Origin: Ignavibacteriota bacterium
Lineage (GTDB): Bacteria; Bacteroidota; Ignavibacteria; UBA10030; UBA6906
DNA: 64,000 bases
NCBI GenBank assembly: GCA_963801355.1
Contig: CAWDEM010000004.1
Location: 1,472,001-1,536,000 of the forward strand
Reading direction: 5' to 3'
Shown here: positions 39,568 through 48,634 of the stretch, piece by piece
Layout: every line of letters begins with the position of its first letter
How positions within the stretch are numbered: position 1 is the stretch's first letter
Notes under the pieces: generated by a model
Database searches by the model: none
The model's input: the letters and a program-made list of their open reading frames with translations, nothing else
Told to the model about the DNA's origin: nothing
Position numbers and translations under genes: made by a program

Positions 39568-40689
39568 ATGACGTCTAAAGAACGGATGATGTGTGCGTTG
39601 CACGGAGAGAAGCCGGACCGGCTCCCGGTGACCGTGCATCAGTGGCAGGGATACCATCTGGACAAGTATCTTCAAGGTGCGACACCCCTGCAGGCCTTCC
39701 AGAAATTCGGGATGGATGCAGCGGTGCAATATTTCGAGGACATGGGGCAGTTCTGGCTTGTGGGCGCCGACTTCGCCAAGTTCTCCACCCCTCAATGGCG
39801 CGACGAAGTGACGGTGATCAGCGACGATCCCGACAATCGCATCAACGATCATCTCATTACCACCCCCGGGGGAGCCCTCACGTACAAAACTGCCGGTGAT
39901 CGAAAGACGACCTGGATCACCGAATACCTTGTCAAACACGACGAGGATATCGAACTAGTACGCAAGTACATGCCCGTCCCATTGCTCGACCTCCCCCCTC
40001 TCGCACGGGCATATAAGGAGGTGGGGGACAAGGGCATTGTGCGCGGGTTTGTGTGGGGGGACCAGGCCGGCTGCTGGCAACATGCGGCATGCCTCATGGA
40101 TATCACTGACCTGATCTTCAGGGCGGTGGATACGCCCGATTGGGTGCATGCGTTCCTGGAAATCCTGCTCGAAAAGAAACTCCGTTTCGTCGAACAGATG
40201 CGGGGAGCAAAATTCGATGTTGTGGAGACCGGCGGGGGATCATCATCATCGACCCTGATCTCGCCCGACCTGCACCGCGAGTTCTGCCTGCCCTACGACC
40301 GCAAGCTCCACGATGCGTTGCATGATCTCGGCTTTACTGTGAGCTATCACACGTGCGGCGGAACACGCGGCATTGAGGAGCTGATCATTCAGAACGGCGC
40401 GGACGCCTCCGAGACCCTCGCCCCGCCGAGCATCGGGGGCAATCAGGAGCCGTGGGAATTGAAAGAGAAAGTGGGGAACAGGATTGCCCTGATCGGCGGA
40501 ATGGATCAGCACTCGGTGCTGACCGAGGGGAGTCTCCCCGAGATCAAGGCACAGGTGGAGCTTCTGTTCCGAAAAGTAGGCTACGATGGCGGTTACATTC
40601 TCTCCTGTGCGGACCACTTCTTTGAGACGCCTCTCGACCATTTGAAGGCCTATGCCGACGCCGCGATCGCATGCGAGTACACGTCATGA
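39568..40689 (+). CDS. Uroporphyrinogen decarboxylase / MtaA-CmuA superfamily protein
   Basis: MTSKERM..PDRLPV; ISPDLHREFCLPY; YHTCG; ALIGGMDQ; GGYILSC. Confidence 0.85.
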   Translation: MTSKERMMCALHGEKPDRLPVTVHQWQGYHLDKYLQGATPLQAFQKFGMDAAVQYFEDMGQFWLVGADFAKFSTPQWRDEVTVISDDPDNRINDHLITTPGGALTYKTAGDRKTTWITEYLVKHDEDIELVRKYMPVPLLDLPPLARAYKEVGDKGIVRGFVWGDQAGCWQHAACLMDITDLIFRAVDTPDWVHAFLEILLEKKLRFVEQMRGAKFDVVETGGGSSSSTLISPDLHREFCLPYDRKLHDALHDLGFTVSYHTCGGTRGIEELIIQNGADASETLAPPSIGGNQEPWELKEKVGNRIALIGGMDQHSVLTEGSLPEIKAQVELLFRKVGYDGGYILSCADHFFETPLDHLKAYADAAIACEYTS

Positions 40690-42899
40690 AGTGCCCCGTC
40701 TCAATCGTGTTCTTCCTGTTGTGTGTGTCGCCTGCATATCTTCCCGGTCAACAGGCTGCACCCGGCTCCGTAGTCTTCGTGTCCGTGAACGGCAGCGATT
40801 CCTGGTCCGGCACTCTTCCGGAACCGAATGCGGAAAAGACCGATGGGCCGTTTGCGACGCTTGAGCGGGCCCGGAACGAAGTGAGATCCCTGCTCGCTGC
40901 CGGGAACACCCCCGCAGTCAGGATCAGGGGCGGTGTGTACATATTTACGAAGAGCCTGATCCTGGATTCACTCGATGCCGGAAGCGAGAACAGCCCGGTC
41001 ATCTGGTCAGCATTCTCCGGTGAGCAGGTGCGTTTCGTCGGAGGCAGGACCGCCGGGGAATTCCGCGCCGTCCGGGATCCTGCGGTGCTGCGACGCATCC
41101 GGAGCCGCTACCGGGATAGCATCCTGGTGGCTGACTTGAACGCGCAGGGGATATCGGACTTCGGCATCCCTCCCGGCCGGATGAACCTGTTCTTCAAGGG
41201 TAAGAGGATGACCGTTGCGCGTTATCCCGACACCGGTTGGCTCCATATCGCCGCCGTTCCGCAGGACGGAGGACCCGTGCTCAACCCGGGCGATAAGAAA
41301 GTGATAAAAAACGGATTGCCCGCAGGAAAACATTGCGGCATGTTCCGGTATGACGATGACCGCCCTTCGGGCTGGGCTGCATCAGACGATATCTGGATGC
41401 ACGGGTATTGGGTGTGGGACTGGCGGGACGCCTATCAAAAAGTCGGCCGCATCGATACCCTCTCGCGCACGATTGTTCCAGCGGAACCGCACCACCCCTA
41501 CGGATACCAGCAGGGGCAAAGATACTGTTTTCTGAATGTGCTGGAAGAACTGGATGCCCCGGGGGAGTGGGTGCTGGATTCACAGCGCGGACTTCTCTAC
41601 TTCTGGCCACCTGCCCCCATGCGTGAGGGAGATGCCATAGTGTCGATGCTCAACGAACCCATGCTTTTTCTGTCGAACACATCGCACGTGCAATTCTGCG
41701 GGGTTGTTTTTGAGGCATCGCGGGCATGCGCGGTCAAAATTCGCCGCGGATCCGACAATATGATCGCCGGTTGCACGGTGCGGAACATTGACAATGACAC
41801 GAGCCTCATCGTTGATGGAGGAAAACGGAACGGCATACGGAGCTGCAGTATCCATGATGTCGGCTCGACCGGTATACGCATTGTCGGCGGTGACCGGCTT
41901 GCCCTTGAGCCCGCCGGCAACTACGCCGTGAACAATCATATCCATCGTTACGGCTGCATCGTCCACGCATTCAATGGAGGGGTGTTCCTGCAAGGAGTGG
42001 GTAATGTCGTGTCCCATAACCGGATTCACAACGCGCCGTTCTCCGGCATCCAGTACTACGGCAACGATCACCTCATCGAATACAACGAGCTCTTCGATCT
42101 CGCCCATGAGTCCGGAGATGTCGGGGGGATCAACACCGGCGCCGATTATTCCGACATGGGGACAGTGATCCGTTACAACTACATACATGATTCGCACGGG
42201 TACGGGGAAGGCGGGTTCAGAGGGATCTATCTGGACCTCCCCGGCTCCAACACGACGATTTTCGGCAACATCCTGATGAATGTCGACATCGGGGTCTTCT
42301 TCAACAGCGGCCGGGACAATATCGTCCGGAACAACATCTTTGTGAATTGTCATCCATCCGTCAATATTTATGTCTGGCCCCATACATCCTATTTCCGACC
42401 GGGGGGTGCGTGGAACATCGTGGAGAAACTCCATGCCATCCGTTACACCGAACCACCGTATAGCACCCGGTACCCGATGCTTGCCGGCTATCTCGATTCG
42501 ACGAATCTCGGCATGCCGTACGGGCATTCCGTCACGAACAACCTGAGCATCGGGGGAACCTGGCTTGATCTATCCGAGGGCATGGACTTCACGCACGTCC
42601 GCGTGGAGAACAATGTCGTCGGTGATACGATGCTTCTCGTGATGACGCGCAAGTGGTTTCCGGAGTATGATCCTTACCACATCGGGTACGCGGCCATGTA
42701 CTCTCAAAAGGATGCTGCAATGGCGGCAGAATTGACGAAGCGTGGAAACATCCTTGGTGACCCGGGTTTTGTGGATGCGTCCCGTGGGAACTTCGGTCTT
42801 CGGGAGGATTCGCCGGCATGGCGGGTCGGCTTCGAGAGGATCCCGTTTGAGCGCATTGGCCTGAGTAAAGACGAATTCCGCACATCCTTGAATGAGTAG
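40686..42899 (+). CDS. Secreted right-handed beta-helix protein (GH141-like)
   Basis: Signal peptide; FVSVNGSDSWSG..DGPFATLERAR; ARYPD; NVLEELDAPGEW; repeated I..N.I strands. Confidence 0.85.
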   Translation: MKCPVSIVFFLLCVSPAYLPGQQAAPGSVVFVSVNGSDSWSGTLPEPNAEKTDGPFATLERARNEVRSLLAAGNTPAVRIRGGVYIFTKSLILDSLDAGSENSPVIWSAFSGEQVRFVGGRTAGEFRAVRDPAVLRRIRSRYRDSILVADLNAQGISDFGIPPGRMNLFFKGKRMTVARYPDTGWLHIAAVPQDGGPVLNPGDKKVIKNGLPAGKHCGMFRYDDDRPSGWAASDDIWMHGYWVWDWRDAYQKVGRIDTLSRTIVPAEPHHPYGYQQGQRYCFLNVLEELDAPGEWVLDSQRGLLYFWPPAPMREGDAIVSMLNEPMLFLSNTSHVQFCGVVFEASRACAVKIRRGSDNMIAGCTVRNIDNDTSLIVDGGKRNGIRSCSIHDVGSTGIRIVGGDRLALEPAGNYAVNNHIHRYGCIVHAFNGGVFLQGVGNVVSHNRIHNAPFSGIQYYGNDHLIEYNELFDLAHESGDVGGINTGADYSDMGTVIRYNYIHDSHGYGEGGFRGIYLDLPGSNTTIFGNILMNVDIGVFFNSGRDNIVRNNIFVNCHPSVNIYVWPHTSYFRPGGAWNIVEKLHAIRYTEPPYSTRYPMLAGYLDSTNLGMPYGHSVTNNLSIGGTWLDLSEGMDFTHVRVENNVVGDTMLLVMTRKWFPEYDPYHIGYAAMYSQKDAAMAAELTKRGNILGDPGFVDASRGNFGLREDSPAWRVGFERIPFERIGLSKDEFRTSLNE

Positions 42900-44742
42900 A
42901 ACCTTGAGACTGGCCGGCAAAGACTCCCTCACGATCCGGCCGACGGCGGAGAGCCTGGTCCAGAACACTGATGCTCATGCTCGTCCGCCCTGCTTCGTGA
43001 TTGCGTGCGGCCCCCGGGTGCGGACAATGGAAATCGATGTCGAGCTCGGCACGGATCCTGCAATATTCTCAATGGGTGCAGGTTCCCGGGACGCCTCCGA
43101 GTTCTATTTCAGCAGCCGTGAGGGGTCGCCCGATGTTGTGCCTCCCGACAGCCTTGCATGCGGGGAAGGCCGGGAAGACTTTGTGTACCAGGTGCCGGCA
43201 CGCATATGGGAGAAGTGCGCGGCATACGCGCGGGTATTTTACCGCGCAATCGGGAGGAATTCTGCGGGGAAGGTTGTCTCTTCGGCGGAGGTGTCTTCCA
43301 AAAACGGACTACCGTTTCTGCATGGCACCCCTTCAGGCATTTTTTATTCCCCCTCCCGCGCACTTCCGGATCTCCCGAGGCTCGAAGTTGTTGGCAATAC
43401 GATCCTCCGGGAGGGAACTCCGCACCCCTGCATATTGCGTGGTGTCAATGTCTCCGGCTTGAACCATGCGCGCTACTTTCACGCCGAGATCAGATCCGAC
43501 CGGGATGAAAGCATGGAGGCGCGCCGTGCGCGCCGGTGGTACGAAGCCGCCCAGATCACGCCGGCACTCTTCGATCGTCTGAAGCAGATGCATGTCAACC
43601 TTGTCCGCCTGCCGCTCAATCAGGACTGGACGCTGTTGGGGTACCACGAGCCGGAGCTCCCCGAGTTTGCACAGCCCCGGTTGGAAGATGCTCTCCGCTA
43701 TCTCGAAGACATCGATCAGGTCATCGTCTGGGCTGCGGAGCGCGGCATCTACGTCATGCTGGCCCTGCATACCCTCCGTCTCTTCATGCCCGCGGCAGAC
43801 CGGGGAAAAAATGAGCGTGAGCAGGAGCCTGACTCATTCCACAGGCGCTTGCATATCGAATCAAGGAAGCAGCCATACAACGGGCATATTCCTGACCATC
43901 ACAGCTGGCTGTTCTGGTCGGTGCTGGCACAACGGTACCGGGGGTGCACAGCAGTGATGTTCGATCTCTGCAACGAGCCACATGAGGTGGTGCCGTGGGA
44001 CAAAGAGCGGACTGAGTACTGCGGAGTGCTCCCGTCTTTTCCGGCAGTGCGGTCCACTGCGGGAAGGACAGCATATCACTCATGGTGGGTCTCCGAATGG
44101 ACGAGGTGGGCGGAAGGGCTCGAAGAAGTTGTGCACAGGATCAACAGACATGCTCTGGTGTTCATCTCCGGGTTCGGCGGGCCATGCTGGAGCGCCTCGC
44201 TTGAAAATCTTCGATTCCGTTCGTACGAACAAAATCCGAACATTGTGTTTGGTGTGCACTGGTACTGGTATCCTGCGCTCGGGCCTGAAACATGGCGGCG
44301 GTACATTGGGATGGAGGCGGGCAAGGGAAAGAACAACGCGGCCGTGCCTCTGGCGCAGCGGCATCCTGTATTCGTAAAAGAATGGGGCGTTGAGACCCCG
44401 GAAGCGATCACACAGGAATCTCCTGAAGATCCCTTGAGCGAGACCTACCGGCTGCAATGGGGCAACCGACCTGTGCCTCCGTATCCGATCCTCATCGACT
44501 GGGCGGAAAAACTGACGGCCTTTTTTGCTGAGTGCTCGGATCGCATAGAAGCGGTGGGCCATTCCGGACTTGCAGGGTTCGCCGCCTGGAGCACGGGCGA
44601 CAAGCCGCGCCTCTTCAGGAGAGAGAGAGTCTATGCCGGACCCTTCGAGGAAGGCTTCCCCGCGACCGACTATGGACGAATAGTGGAGAGGGCGCTGGAG
44701 GACAACGTCCCGGCGGAGCCTCCCGCCCCCCTCCCCGTTTAG
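42892..44742 (+). CDS. Glycoside hydrolase family 5-like protein with N-terminal extension
   Basis: LRGVNVSG, NLVRLPL, GIYVMLALH, FDLCNEP (acid/base), HWY, FVKEWG (nucleophile). Confidence 0.8.
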   Translation: MSRTLRLAGKDSLTIRPTAESLVQNTDAHARPPCFVIACGPRVRTMEIDVELGTDPAIFSMGAGSRDASEFYFSSREGSPDVVPPDSLACGEGREDFVYQVPARIWEKCAAYARVFYRAIGRNSAGKVVSSAEVSSKNGLPFLHGTPSGIFYSPSRALPDLPRLEVVGNTILREGTPHPCILRGVNVSGLNHARYFHAEIRSDRDESMEARRARRWYEAAQITPALFDRLKQMHVNLVRLPLNQDWTLLGYHEPELPEFAQPRLEDALRYLEDIDQVIVWAAERGIYVMLALHTLRLFMPAADRGKNEREQEPDSFHRRLHIESRKQPYNGHIPDHHSWLFWSVLAQRYRGCTAVMFDLCNEPHEVVPWDKERTEYCGVLPSFPAVRSTAGRTAYHSWWVSEWTRWAEGLEEVVHRINRHALVFISGFGGPCWSASLENLRFRSYEQNPNIVFGVHWYWYPALGPETWRRYIGMEAGKGKNNAAVPLAQRHPVFVKEWGVETPEAITQESPEDPLSETYRLQWGNRPVPPYPILIDWAEKLTAFFAECSDRIEAVGHSGLAGFAAWSTGDKPRLFRRERVYAGPFEEGFPATDYGRIVERALEDNVPAEPPAPLPV

Positions 44743-44841
44743 TCCGCGTATTTCACAGAACATCCGTACGATGTGCTGGCGAGTTGCTATTCTCTGGCCC
44801 GGCCCCTACATTCTGTGAAGTTCAAACAGGAGGGCAGACCG

Positions 44842-45996
44842 ATGCAACGTCGAGATCTCTTGATTGCCGGAGCGGCTGCGTTCACGGGTTTGGCCGCGGC
44901 GGCCGGGCAGAGACCCACGCTAAACGGCGGGCGCAGAGCGACACGCGGGATCCCGATCGTGCATATCACAGACCTGTACCATCCTCCGCAGGATCCTGAC
45001 GATCACATAGATCTCGCGACACTGGTGGCCCTCGAGGAGTTCGATCTCCGGGGAGTGATTCTTGATGTTACACGGAAATTTCTGATGTCGTCCCCGGAGG
45101 GTTTTGACATCCGTCGGGATCCCGGGTTTGTGCCTGTCGTGCAACTCTGCTATCTCCTTGGCCGGGCGATTCCTGTGGCCGCCGGTCCCACGCAACCGTT
45201 GGCCCATCCGGGGGATACCGTGACAGACAGGCCCCGTGCGGAACAATCGGGCGTGCAACTCCTCCTTGACATCCTCGAGGAGTCTCGCGACAAGATTGTT
45301 GTGTCAGTCGTCGGCTCCACACGCGTGCTTGCGGCGGCGTACAATCGCAATCCCGAACTGGTTCGTGCACGAATCCGGTCCGTCCTGCTCAATGCGGGTT
45401 CGACAGGGGGGGCGAAGCAGGAATGGAATGTGGGACTCGATCCCGAGGCATTCGTGGGAGTATGGCGGTCCGGACTTCCCATTCACTGGTATCCTTGTGC
45501 GACCGAGGGGGGGGCGTTCAATGCAGACCATGAGCGGGGGACTTACTGGAAGACTGACCATGCGGCAATCTTCCGCGACCTCTCTCCTTCGCTCCGGGCC
45601 TGGTTCGCCTACGCGATCGGCGGCGACACTCGAGGGGATATCATAGGGGCCCTGGCAAATGAAGTCACACCCGCTTCATGGGACCATATTCTTGACGCGC
45701 ACCGGAATATGTGGGCCACTGCATCACTCGTCATGGCAGCCGGGCGTGTCCTCACGCAGACCCCGCAAGGATGGCGGTTCGTCCCCCGGAAGTCAGTGGG
45801 CTCAGAGCGGATCTGGACCTGGCGGCTTGACCCCATCGTCGCCGGCGTCAATGAGTCGGCGGAAGTGCAATGGCGTGGTGTGAAGAAAGAGGGCAACGCG
45901 CTCCTGTTTTGGCGTGAGAGGGGATCGGAGTACGCTGCCGCGATGGCTGAAGCACTCTGTGCACTTCTGGGTACGGTCTCGCCTGCAGGTGCATGA
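44842..45996 (+). CDS. Tat-exported nucleoside hydrolase-like protein
   Basis: GGAGG SD; MQRRDLLIAG twin-arginine signal; ITDLYHPPQDPDDHID; EWNVGLDP. Confidence 0.7.
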   Translation: MQRRDLLIAGAAAFTGLAAAAGQRPTLNGGRRATRGIPIVHITDLYHPPQDPDDHIDLATLVALEEFDLRGVILDVTRKFLMSSPEGFDIRRDPGFVPVVQLCYLLGRAIPVAAGPTQPLAHPGDTVTDRPRAEQSGVQLLLDILEESRDKIVVSVVGSTRVLAAAYNRNPELVRARIRSVLLNAGSTGGAKQEWNVGLDPEAFVGVWRSGLPIHWYPCATEGGAFNADHERGTYWKTDHAAIFRDLSPSLRAWFAYAIGGDTRGDIIGALANEVTPASWDHILDAHRNMWATASLVMAAGRVLTQTPQGWRFVPRKSVGSERIWTWRLDPIVAGVNESAEVQWRGVKKEGNALLFWRERGSEYAAAMAEALCALLGTVSPAGA

Positions 45997-46377
45997 TACT
46001 GATTCTCACGCGTGAGGCACTGTACGTTCATTGTGTGGGAAAGGCTCTCGTTGTAGGTGGGGCTACCGGGCAGTGCACTTATTGTGTGCGCAGACGGCGC
46101 CGTCGTGTCATGCGGGCTCCGTAAATTTTGGCCTCTCATGCGCAAGTCCTGGCGTGTGGGCGGCTGCTGCGACAAACCTATGTCGGGTCATCGGAGATGG
46201 AGCCGTTCATCGTGCGCATGTGGCTGATATCGTACACTCGCACGGTTGAGCGGGGATGACGCTGCAATTGCTTTTGCCTGAGAAAGCCGCGGGACGTCCC
46301 CCGCAGGAATGACGCGCTCGATGATTCTGCTCCCGCCTGTTGACACTTTCCTGCCCGTTGACTCTGCTCCTGCCTGC

Positions 46378-46408
46378 TTGACTATTCATCCGTGTGATGG
46401 TATATTTG
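46378..46408 (+). promoter_or_regulatory. Housekeeping sigma promoter
   Basis: TTGACT-N17-TATATT; TATATTTG also matches the FCB-group TAnnTTTG element. Confidence 0.7.
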
Positions 46409-46621
46409 TATGCTCAGGGGAAGGCTCACTTGCTGTAGCCATCGCACTTGCTATGGATAGCGCTGCGATGCTCTTCGAACCCGGAGAGCAGAGTGATGCA
46501 TATTCGATGCGCTGTTTGCGTGGCTCTTCCCGAAGGCAGGACTACCCACAGAATGAGCGCGCGTACACAGGATCGCATGCAATTGTTGTTTGGAAGGGTT
46601 AATAATCACTGATGGGAGGAT

Positions 46622-48547
46622 ATGCGAATGTTGGGATCCAGGTGCTTTCGATGGGGTGGATTTGTATCTGTCGCTCTGCTCATGGTCGCGTTCATGGGCA
46701 ACATGGCGACCGGACAGCCGTTCTTCCGGCATCCACAGCCGGGTGACATTTACAAAGAGTACAAGCGATCGATGATTCCGTACTACGAGTGGCGGGTGAC
46801 AGATCCCAATGCATCATACAACAAACCCCCGTGGCTGGAAGAGTACAGGACAAATACCGTCCTCTACATCAACATCGGCGATCTTGAAGGCGCGATTCGT
46901 GCCGAGGCCGTAATCGATCTCTGGCAGGGCCACTCCGGCACCACCGGGAAGAAAATGAAGGTCAACAACAACGACTGGATCAATATTCCCGAACTGTATA
47001 CAACCCCGGGTCCGGGCCAGTGCTATTTCAGCCAGCCCAACGTTGTTGTGGATGTGCCGCTCAGCAATCTTTTCGTGGGCACGAACGCCTTCGAAGGAAG
47101 GAACGAAGGCCAGACCTGTTACGATTTCGGTTGGGGGCAGCATGGATGGAACGGCATCATCTTCCGTATTTACTACGCGTCCTGGAAAGAGCATCCCACC
47201 GGTTCCATTACTTCGCCTTCGTCAGGCAGCAGCTTCGGTGACAATCCCACAGTGTCAGCCACGGCAAGCGGCGGGGCGGGCATTCAGCGTGTCGACTTCA
47301 TTGCGTACTATGACGGTCTGGACACGGATGGCGATGGCGTGTGGGAGGACTGGCACTACTACTATCATCGCTCGAAATCTGCAAGTGATTTTGACATCAA
47401 AGGACACGTCGGGACAGCCTGGGGATCACCGTACTCGGTGACCTGGAACACCGACTGGGTTCCCGACCAGGCCTCCGGTTCAGTCAAGATGATTGCGCGC
47501 ATACAGGATTACAATGGAGTCTGGTTTGTCACTGACCCAGTGGATAACCTGACGCTGACACGGAGCGGGACGTCGGTGAAGCTGTACAAACCCTATGACG
47601 TTCCGGAGGATTTTGACGTTCGCGCGGATGATGTCAAACACTGCCACTTCGATATCCCCTATGGGACCGATCTCTCGAAGGCAACCGGTGCAAAGCTCGT
47701 GATTTCCTCATGGAACAGCGTCAGCGGAGGGATACGGTTTGACCTGGGGCAAGACTACAACTATTCCGTGAATTCCTGGCATGCTCCTGTGTTTGGCGAG
47801 GATCATTTCTGGTCGCTGGATTTTCTGGACATACCCTGGTATGAGCTCCGTGAGGGACAAAACACATATGACATGTGGTCATCGTCCTTGAGCACCGAAA
47901 TCACCACACACTGGCCGGGACCGATGGTTATTGTACGCTACGGCGGCGTGCCTGTGCCTGTGCAGATTTCCTCATTCACGGCGACATCAATCGGGGCGGA
48001 TGGTGTACGTTTGAATTGGAAAACACTGAGCGAGACGAACAACTACGGGTTTGAGGTGCAGAGATCGGCATCGGAATCGGGTTCCTATGTAACCCTTGCC
48101 AACGGGTTCGTCAAGGGCGCCGGTACCACAATCATCCCGCAGGAGTACTCGTTCACTGATGCCAGCGCCTCGGGAGGGATCTTCTACTACAGGCTGAAGC
48201 AGATCGATCTCGACGGGACGCAACATCTGACCGATCCCGTGCGAGTCGACGTGACGACGGGTGCGGTCGAAGGGACGGTGCCCCTGCAGACGATGCTGGC
48301 GCAGAACTACCCGAACCCCTTCAATCCGACCACCGTGATCCGCTACGGCGTGGCGCAGCGGACCCATGTGACCTTGACGGTCTACAATACCCTCGGTGAG
48401 ATTGTCTCGACACTGGTGGATGCGGAAAGGCCCACGGGTTACTACGATGTGCAATTCAACGCGCGCGGTCTTGCGTCGGGCGTGTACCTGTACCGTCTCG
48501 TTGCGGGCGACTTCACGCAGATCAACAAGCTGGTTCTTGTGCGTTAA
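46622..48547 (+). CDS. Secreted protein of unknown function with Ig-like and T9SS-type sorting domains (paralog 1)
   Basis: GGAGG SD; signal peptide; PTGSITSP..RVDF Ig-like region; PVQISSFTA..SETNNYGFEV; QNYPNPFNP..KLVLVR. Confidence 0.88.
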   Translation: MRMLGSRCFRWGGFVSVALLMVAFMGNMATGQPFFRHPQPGDIYKEYKRSMIPYYEWRVTDPNASYNKPPWLEEYRTNTVLYINIGDLEGAIRAEAVIDLWQGHSGTTGKKMKVNNNDWINIPELYTTPGPGQCYFSQPNVVVDVPLSNLFVGTNAFEGRNEGQTCYDFGWGQHGWNGIIFRIYYASWKEHPTGSITSPSSGSSFGDNPTVSATASGGAGIQRVDFIAYYDGLDTDGDGVWEDWHYYYHRSKSASDFDIKGHVGTAWGSPYSVTWNTDWVPDQASGSVKMIARIQDYNGVWFVTDPVDNLTLTRSGTSVKLYKPYDVPEDFDVRADDVKHCHFDIPYGTDLSKATGAKLVISSWNSVSGGIRFDLGQDYNYSVNSWHAPVFGEDHFWSLDFLDIPWYELREGQNTYDMWSSSLSTEITTHWPGPMVIVRYGGVPVPVQISSFTATSIGADGVRLNWKTLSETNNYGFEVQRSASESGSYVTLANGFVKGAGTTIIPQEYSFTDASASGGIFYYRLKQIDLDGTQHLTDPVRVDVTTGAVEGTVPLQTMLAQNYPNPFNPTTVIRYGVAQRTHVTLTVYNTLGEIVSTLVDAERPTGYYDVQFNARGLASGVYLYRLVAGDFTQINKLVLVR

Positions 48548-48570
48548 GAACTCCTCTATTGTGCACTGGA

Positions 48571-48604
48571 AAGCCCCTGCCTGGGACACGGGCAGGGGCT
48601 TTTT
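48571..48604 (+). terminator. Rho-independent terminator
   Basis: AAGCCCCTGCCTG..CGGGCAGGGGCTT followed by T tract. Confidence 0.85.
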
Positions 48605-48634
48605 CATCAGATGTCTCTGAACGAAGGGGCGAGT

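Noticed and set aside
45997-46330. Short ORFs in the intergenic region
   Set aside because: No SD or motif support; overlapping low-information frames
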